In this document: positions 58,931 to 64,000 of the stretch, piece after piece
Numbering within the stretch: position 1 is the stretch's first letter
How the letters are laid out: each line of letters starts with the position of its first letter
NCBI GenBank assembly: GCA_963668675.2
Contig: CAXXMB010000002.1
Location: 2,726,154 to 2,790,153, forward strand
Reading direction: 5' to 3'
DNA from: an uncultured Desulfatitalea sp.
Lineage (GTDB): Bacteria > Desulfobacterota > Desulfobacteria > Desulfobacterales > Desulfosarcinaceae
Length of the DNA stretch: 64,000 nt
Notes under the pieces: generated by a model
What the model was told of the DNA's origin: nothing
What the model saw: only the letters and a program-made list of their open reading frames with translations
Databases searched by the model: none
Translations under genes and position numbers: made by a program

Positions 58931-59845
58931 TCAGGTATCCATGAGGAGCCGCATGTAAAACAGCTCGAAATCGATCATCTCGTCGTCCTTTTTGCGAAGC
59001 CATTCTGAAAGCCAGCCAAAACGCACAGCCAGCACAAATAGGGGAAAAAGGGCCATATCCTCCAGCGATAACAATCCGGTTTGCCTGAGCGTGCGCAAAA
59101 AGGACGAGACAAATTCTGCTTCTCTTGCTTCCGGCGCCTCGGCGCCCACGCAGCCGGCCACGAGGGCCGCGTCGTAAAGTTTCGGTTTCCATCCACAGAA
59201 TTCCCAATCGATGACGCTGTTGATGCAATCTTCTCCCCAGATCGTATTGAGCGGATGCGGATCCCCATGACCAAATGTTATAGGGAGATCGTCGATCACC
59301 GGATAGAGGCGTTTGCGCAGAAATTCGTAGATTGGGTTCACCTCCGGAATCAGCAACGGGTCGCTCCGGCTGATGCTGGCCATCAGATTGTCGATAAAGC
59401 CGGTCATGGAGAAGAACGGCTCTTCGAGAGTCCAGCCGCAAGTGGCATTGGACAGGTCGGCTAAAAAATGCCCCACGGCTTCACCTCGCCATGCGTCTCT
59501 CCAGTAAGACGTCCTGTCCAGGCGAATGCCGTCAACATATGGCGAGAGCTGCCAACAGGCACCTTTCAATTTTTGAACCCAGTTGCCATCGCTTCCCTGG
59601 CAATAGGGTGTCACCGTGAGATTGCTGCGAGCCAGTTGATCTAACCGTTCTGCGATAGTCATTTTTCTATTGAAGGAGATGGGATCGAGCTGCTCCAGAA
59701 TAAAGCGATGCCCGTCTCTGTCTGCAAAAGCCAATCGATGCTTACACCGCTCTGGGCTGCCCGGTATCGTATCGGCGGGCAGCAGTTGGGCCAATGAGAT
59801 ATTCCAAAGGTCAAGGACCCTTTTTACCGAACCTGAATCAAGCAT
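58931..59845 (-). CDS. Phosphotransferase (APH / choline-kinase-like) family protein
   Basis: Catalytic loop HGDPHPLNTIW and IDWEFCGW. ATG 59845 chosen to avoid overlap with the upstream gene. Confidence 0.7.
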   Translation of the reverse strand: MLDSGSVKRVLDLWNISLAQLLPADTIPGSPERCKHRLAFADRDGHRFILEQLDPISFNRKMTIAERLDQLARSNLTVTPYCQGSDGNWVQKLKGACWQLSPYVDGIRLDRTSYWRDAWRGEAVGHFLADLSNATCGWTLEEPFFSMTGFIDNLMASISRSDPLLIPEVNPIYEFLRKRLYPVIDDLPITFGHGDPHPLNTIWGEDCINSVIDWEFCGWKPKLYDAALVAGCVGAEAPEAREAEFVSSFLRTLRQTGLLSLEDMALFPLFVLAVRFGWLSEWLRKKDDEMIDFELFYMRLLMDT

Positions 59846-59877
59846 GTCGCGCAACCTGCTTTTACGGCGAGAAAAGA

Positions 59878-61413
59878 TCAGGCGTTCAGGAAATCCACCA
59901 CCTGATTGGCGGCCCACACACCAGATGCCATGCACGAGAGGACTCCCCCGCTGATCGCCCCGGATCCGACCAGATAGAGCCCCTCAATCCCAGCGGTGCA
60001 GTCGAAGAAGCGGCCCGGGCCGAACTGGTCAGGGGCCTGTTCCAGGCCGAAATTGGCTCCCTGATAGCTATTGACCCAATACTCATTGGTGAGCGGCGTG
60101 GCGAACTCAACAAAGTCCAGGTGCCCGCTGAGACCCGGAAGATAACGCTCCGCTGAACGTACGAGCTGCATGCCCATTCGATTTTTCAGGTTGTCGTACG
60201 CCTCGCCGCGGTGCCGGCTGCGGGTACCGGCCCAGGGTAGAAAGGGGTGGTCGTAGCTGACCCCGCTGATGATCTGGAGGGTATGGTGGCCTTCGGGTGC
60301 GTGGGCGCTTTGTGGGTCCTTCAACGATGGTGACGTGAGAAAGTAGTAGGGGAATGGATCGGTTTCGCTGCGTGCATCGAGGGCATCAAAACACTGCTCC
60401 ACGTCCGTGTAATCGAAGTGGATGATGTTGGCGTCGGAGAGCCGTGTCGCAGACAAATCCATAGAAGTGCCGATAAAGGCGTAGAAGGCGCCGGCCGATG
60501 GTCGTAAGCCGGCCACTTTTTTTGCCAGGGCCTTGGGGATCAGGCCGGGATCGACCAATTGCCGAAAGGTAATGATGGGGTCGGCATTGCTGACCACAGC
60601 CCTGGCCGTGTATTGGTCTCCGGATTTGGTAGAGACGCAGAACGCCTCGCCCTGACGTTCGATGCGAGTTACAGGGGCTCCGGCTTTAAGAACGGCCTCG
60701 TGCCGATGAAGCCCGGTGACAAAGGCGTCCCGTATTGCCCCGCTGCCTCCCTTGGGATAATAGGCACCTTCAAAGAAGTGGTCCAGCAGCATGAGACACA
60801 GAAAGGTGGACGCCATTGAAGGCGGCAGGCCGCTGTTGCCGCAGTGGGCCGACAGCGCCGCCTGGAGCTGAGGATTGCGGGTAATGCCGTTGAGCATCTT
60901 CTGATAGGTTGAACGGAAATACTTCATCAGTACGGGATGCCGGAAGATATACCCGATTTTATCAAAGATGTTTTTGGGCGGGCCTTTGGGGTCGGAAAAG
61001 GCCTTCAGCAGTTGATCGATGATATGGAAATATTTCCTGATCGGTTTGGCTTCGTTGGGAAAGAGCGTTAGCAGTCTCTTCTGATACTGTTCTCTTCCTT
61101 TGCAAAACCGCAACTCAAAATCCGGAAAACAGAAGCAATCGAACCCATCCGGGTTGAGCTCGATAAACGACACCTCCTTGTCGACCTCCAACAACTCCAT
61201 CAACATCATAAAAGAACCACCCGGTTGGAGTTTTCCCAGATAGTGAAGACCGGTATCGAAGGAGTAGCCGTTTCGGGTGAATGGATTCAGGTAACCGCCA
61301 AAATTCGGGGCGGCCTCCAGCAAAAGGACGGACACGCCCTGCTGGCTCATCCGCAATGCAGCGCCCAATCCTCCTGCGCCACTGCCGATGACAATGGCAT
61401 CGTAATCGGTCAT
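59878..61413 (-). CDS. FAD/NAD(P)-dependent oxidoreductase, phytoene-desaturase (CrtI)-like family
   Basis: Dinucleotide fold YDAIVIGSGAGGLGAALRMSQQGVSVLLLEA. C-terminal GLYLVGSGAISGGV. AAAGGAGAA RBS. Confidence 0.85.
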   Translation of the reverse strand: MTDYDAIVIGSGAGGLGAALRMSQQGVSVLLLEAAPNFGGYLNPFTRNGYSFDTGLHYLGKLQPGGSFMMLMELLEVDKEVSFIELNPDGFDCFCFPDFELRFCKGREQYQKRLLTLFPNEAKPIRKYFHIIDQLLKAFSDPKGPPKNIFDKIGYIFRHPVLMKYFRSTYQKMLNGITRNPQLQAALSAHCGNSGLPPSMASTFLCLMLLDHFFEGAYYPKGGSGAIRDAFVTGLHRHEAVLKAGAPVTRIERQGEAFCVSTKSGDQYTARAVVSNADPIITFRQLVDPGLIPKALAKKVAGLRPSAGAFYAFIGTSMDLSATRLSDANIIHFDYTDVEQCFDALDARSETDPFPYYFLTSPSLKDPQSAHAPEGHHTLQIISGVSYDHPFLPWAGTRSRHRGEAYDNLKNRMGMQLVRSAERYLPGLSGHLDFVEFATPLTNEYWVNSYQGANFGLEQAPDQFGPGRFFDCTAGIEGLYLVGSGAISGGVLSCMASGVWAANQVVDFLNA

Positions 61414-61438
61414 TGGTTCTCCTTTTCTCTCGTTTTCG

Positions 61439-62302
61439 CTATTCCCACCGAACGTTGAGAGGTTTGCGGTCTACGAGGCGCAAATATTTCAATTTCGGAT
61501 AGCCGACAATCAGAACGCTTTGCACCTCGTGTCCCTCTGGCAGTCCAATCGCTTCGGCCAGAGGGGGATAAGAGCGGGCGGCCATCTCCAGTAGCCCGAT
61601 ATAGGTGAACTCTAGCCCCAGGGTGCGGCCGAACAGCCCGACCGTTGTCGAGGCAATGACGCAGTTGTCTTTAGGCGTGCTGGTTTCAAGCAGTGAATGA
61701 AATATTAAGACGAGGGGGGCGTGATGAAAAATCGGATCGTAGCCAATCGATTTGGCCAGCAGCATGTTTTTACGGTAGCGCGCTGTCTTCTCAAGCTGAA
61801 GACGGGCCGGCGTTTGGAGGTCGTCCGGCATCGTTTTGAGTTTTTCAGCGGCCTTGAGTCCCATCTCGGCAAAAAAATCGATGGTCAGGTCAGACAGCAT
61901 TTTTTTGCGTTCGTCATCTTCAAGTACAATGATGTCGACACCCTGGACGTTACCTCCGGTGGGTGCGTACCGGGCCGCCTCGATCAAATGCTCAATTGTG
62001 TCCTTGGAAACAACTTTGTCTTTAAAATGGCGATGGCTTCGGCGTTGGCGGATAAAGCGCATAAACTCATCGGGCTGGTATTGAACCGGTGTCCCCGCGG
62101 ATTCAAAGTTGTTCGCATCCATCCGGCTGTGGGCGATGGCGCCAGTGGGGCACAAGGATACGCAATGACCGCAGATGATACAGCAGTTTTCATCGGCCTG
62201 AACTGAAATGTTCTTATCGGTAAACGTAAAGCATCGGGGGCAGCGAACGGCACAGATACCGCAATCGTTGCATTTGTCTTTGTCGATGGTCACCCAACTC
62301 AT
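61439..62302 (-). CDS. Nitroreductase-family protein with N-terminal 2x[4Fe-4S] ferredoxin domain (paralogue of 14662..15486)
   Basis: CNDCGICAVRCP and CIICGHCVSLCP, then RRSHRHFKD..ARYAPTGGNVQG. GAGGAGGAG RBS. Confidence 0.8.
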   Translation of the reverse strand: MSWVTIDKDKCNDCGICAVRCPRCFTFTDKNISVQADENCCIICGHCVSLCPTGAIAHSRMDANNFESAGTPVQYQPDEFMRFIRQRRSHRHFKDKVVSKDTIEHLIEAARYAPTGGNVQGVDIIVLEDDERKKMLSDLTIDFFAEMGLKAAEKLKTMPDDLQTPARLQLEKTARYRKNMLLAKSIGYDPIFHHAPLVLIFHSLLETSTPKDNCVIASTTVGLFGRTLGLEFTYIGLLEMAARSYPPLAEAIGLPEGHEVQSVLIVGYPKLKYLRLVDRKPLNVRWE

Positions 62303-62553
62303 TTGTCTCCTCCTCTATCCGAAGTAGCCAATACAACTGTTTTTAAACGATCAGGAAATCGATTCCGATGTGAATTGCGGTTCAGCATAGATGAAATAGA
62401 TCAAGCGGGCAAGCATCAGGAAGAGAGCGCCCATGCATTTCAGGAAAATGTATGGAGGTTCCGATCATTTACGCTCTTGATAAAAAAGATCGAGCACGGC
62501 AGGATGGCCCGTGATAAGCAGGATTGAAAGCGGTAAGTTTCAGGGCCATTAAA

Positions 62554-62593
62554 CCGGCCAACCTTCGTCATTGCGGATCAAGTCCGGAATGGC
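62554..62593 (-). repeat. Dispersed hairpin repeat, copy 1
   Basis: Plus strand CCGGCCAACCTTCGTCATTGCGGATCAAGTCCGGAATGGC. Contains the hairpin CATTGCGGA-TCAAG-TCCGGAATG. Confidence 0.5.
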
Positions 62594-62724
62594 ATTTGCT
62601 GTGATGAATTGCCGGGCGAATAACGAGGATAGAGGATGTTGTGGAATATGAATTTCGATATTCGAACTTGGGATCGGCCTGCAGGGCGTGCCGTCAATCA
62701 CAACGATAGGATGGTGACCGCCCC

Positions 62725-64000
62725 ATGGCATTGATCGGCATGCGCGATGTGGTCTGGGGATTTGGTGATCCGCCGCTATTGGATGGCATCTCTTTTCAGA
62801 TCGAAAGGGGTGAACGGGTCGGCCTGTTGGGGCGCAATGGCGTGGGCAAGTCGACCCTTTTCCGGCTTTTGAACCGCCAAATGCAGCCCCAAAGCGGAGA
62901 GGTGTGGTGCCAGCAAGGCATGGTCGTAGCGGCCCTGGAACAAGAGGTGCCGTCCGGCTGCGAAGGTACCATATTCGAGGTGGTTGCCCAGGGGCTGGGC
63001 CATAAAGGAGTGGCGCTGGCCGAATACCACCGACTGTGCAGGGCGGCGTCACCGATGGAGAGTGAACCATCCGGCCGGCGGCGCGAGGCGTTGCAGCATC
63101 TGCTGGACACCGAAGACGGCTGGCCCCTGCAACACACCATTCAAAGCGTATTGTCGCGTACCGGTCTCGATCCCGAAAAACCGTTCGCCGATCTGTCGGC
63201 CGGAATGAAACGCCGCACCCTTTTCGCCAGAGCACTTGCACTGGAGCCCGACGTGCTGCTTCTGGACGAACCGACCAACCATCTGGACATTGATGCGATC
63301 ATCTGGATGGAGTCGTTTGTTTTACGCCATGTCAAAACCTTGCTTTTCATCACCCATGACCGCGCATTTTTAGAGCGCATCGCCACTCGAATTATGGATC
63401 TGGATCGTGGACGCCTCTTCTCCTATGCCTGCAACTACAACACCTACCTGAAGCGCCGCGAGGCGGATCTGGATGCTGAGATGCAGCAACAGAGGCGCTT
63501 TGACAAGAAGCTCTCCCAGGAAGAGACCTGGATTCGACAGGGTATCAAGGCACGGCGCACCCGCAATGAGGGGCGTGTCCGGGCATTGCTCAAACTGCGG
63601 GCGGTAGCCCGGGAGCGGCGCGCCAAGATCGGCCAGGTGCGCATGCAACTGCAGGAGACCGAACGCACCGGCCGGCTCGTGATCCAGGCCCGGGAGTTGA
63701 CCCATGGTTTCGGCGGAACGACCGTTGTCAAGGGGTTCTCCACTACCATCCTGCGCGGGGAGAAGGTGGGCATCATCGGCCCCAACGGCGTCGGCAAAAC
63801 CACCCTGATCCATCTGTTGCTGAAAGAAAATGAACCGGACAGCGGCACGGTGCGTCTCGGTACCCACGTTCAGGTGGCTTACTTCGATCAACTAAGGGCC
63901 CAACTGGACGAGGAGAAGACCGTTGCCCAGAACATCAACCCGGAGAATGACGTTATCGTTTTCAACGGCAGCAGACGTCATGTGATCAGCCACCTTCAGG
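62725..64000 (+). CDS. ABC-F family ATPase (Uup/EttA-like), 3-prime end outside the window; not in the supplied ORF track
   Basis: My own translation from ATG 62725 stays open to base 64000. Walker A GRNGVGKST, signature LSAGMKRR, Walker B LLLDEPTNHLD, Arg/Lys-rich linker, second Walker A GPNGVGKTT. Confidence 0.85.
   Translation, partial: MALIGMRDVVWGFGDPPLLDGISFQIERGERVGLLGRNGVGKSTLFRLLNRQMQPQSGEVWCQQGMVVAALEQEVPSGCEGTIFEVVAQGLGHKGVALAEYHRLCRAASPMESEPSGRRREALQHLLDTEDGWPLQHTIQSVLSRTGLDPEKPFADLSAGMKRRTLFARALALEPDVLLLDEPTNHLDIDAIIWMESFVLRHVKTLLFITHDRAFLERIATRIMDLDRGRLFSYACNYNTYLKRREADLDAEMQQQRRFDKKLSQEETWIRQGIKARRTRNEGRVRALLKLRAVARERRAKIGQVRMQLQETERTGRLVIQARELTHGFGGTTVVKGFSTTILRGEKVGIIGPNGVGKTTLIHLLLKENEPDSGTVRLGTHVQVAYFDQLRAQLDEEKTVAQNINPENDVIVFNGSRRHVISHLQ

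Noticed and set aside
62549-63241. 230-aa ORF (and 63370..63891) antisense to the ABC-F gene
   Set aside because: The plus-strand translation shows Walker A/B and ABC signature motifs. The antisense products are Arg/Pro-rich. The C-terminal end of 62549..63241 is just the dispersed repeat read in frame.

Overview
Gene-dense, GC-rich chromosomal segment (composition judged by eye, not computed). I call about 57 protein-coding genes or gene fragments. I found no rRNA, tRNA, CRISPR array, transposase, integrase or phage gene. The gene content suggests an anaerobic Desulfobacterota (Desulfobacterales-like) genome; this is inference only. That content includes membrane polyferredoxins, ferredoxin-nitroreductase fusions, tandem USP, PAS-rich hybrid kinases and a Liv-type ABC operon with an embedded acyl-CoA synthetase. 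Left to right: a partial metal ABC permease fused to a DtxR-like domain; an uncharacterised envelope-protein trio behind an output-less PAS sensor; a DUF1566 protein; the livK-H-M / acyl-CoA ligase / livG-F operon; a ferredoxin-nitroreductase and hybrid kinase; tandem USP; an MCP with a sigma-28-type promoter; Fe-ADH; and a CMD-family protein. Next is a patch of FN3 and beta-helix proteins flanking an orphan ParA, then HIT and MutT-type NUDIX, AKR, a dihaem cytochrome c lipoprotein and an FN3-pectate-lyase-like lipoprotein. After that come a pcm / B12-radical-SAM / amidohydrolase operon; DLH; YkgJ; a NUDIX / MBL / MscS operon; a GT4-like glycosyltransferase; a secreted protein / Tat-DUF362 / NapH-like polyferredoxin operon divergent from an ECF sigma / anti-sigma / AKR-FN3 unit; and tandem hsp20. 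The right end holds an AKR, DUF1127 and LysR, a PAS-PocR hybrid kinase, a 7-bladed FG-GAP lipoprotein, a ferredoxin-nitroreductase / CrtI-like oxidoreductase / kinase-like operon, and a 3-prime-truncated ABC-F ATPase that is missing from the supplied ORF track. Nothing matches a known defence or mobile system. The candidates for undescribed biology are the ParA + basic-tailed FN3 partner pair, the sensor with a 4-Cys C-terminal module plus its downstream trio, the DUF362/polyferredoxin module, and the pcm-rSAM-amidohydrolase operon. All functional calls come from motif recognition by eye. No database search was run.
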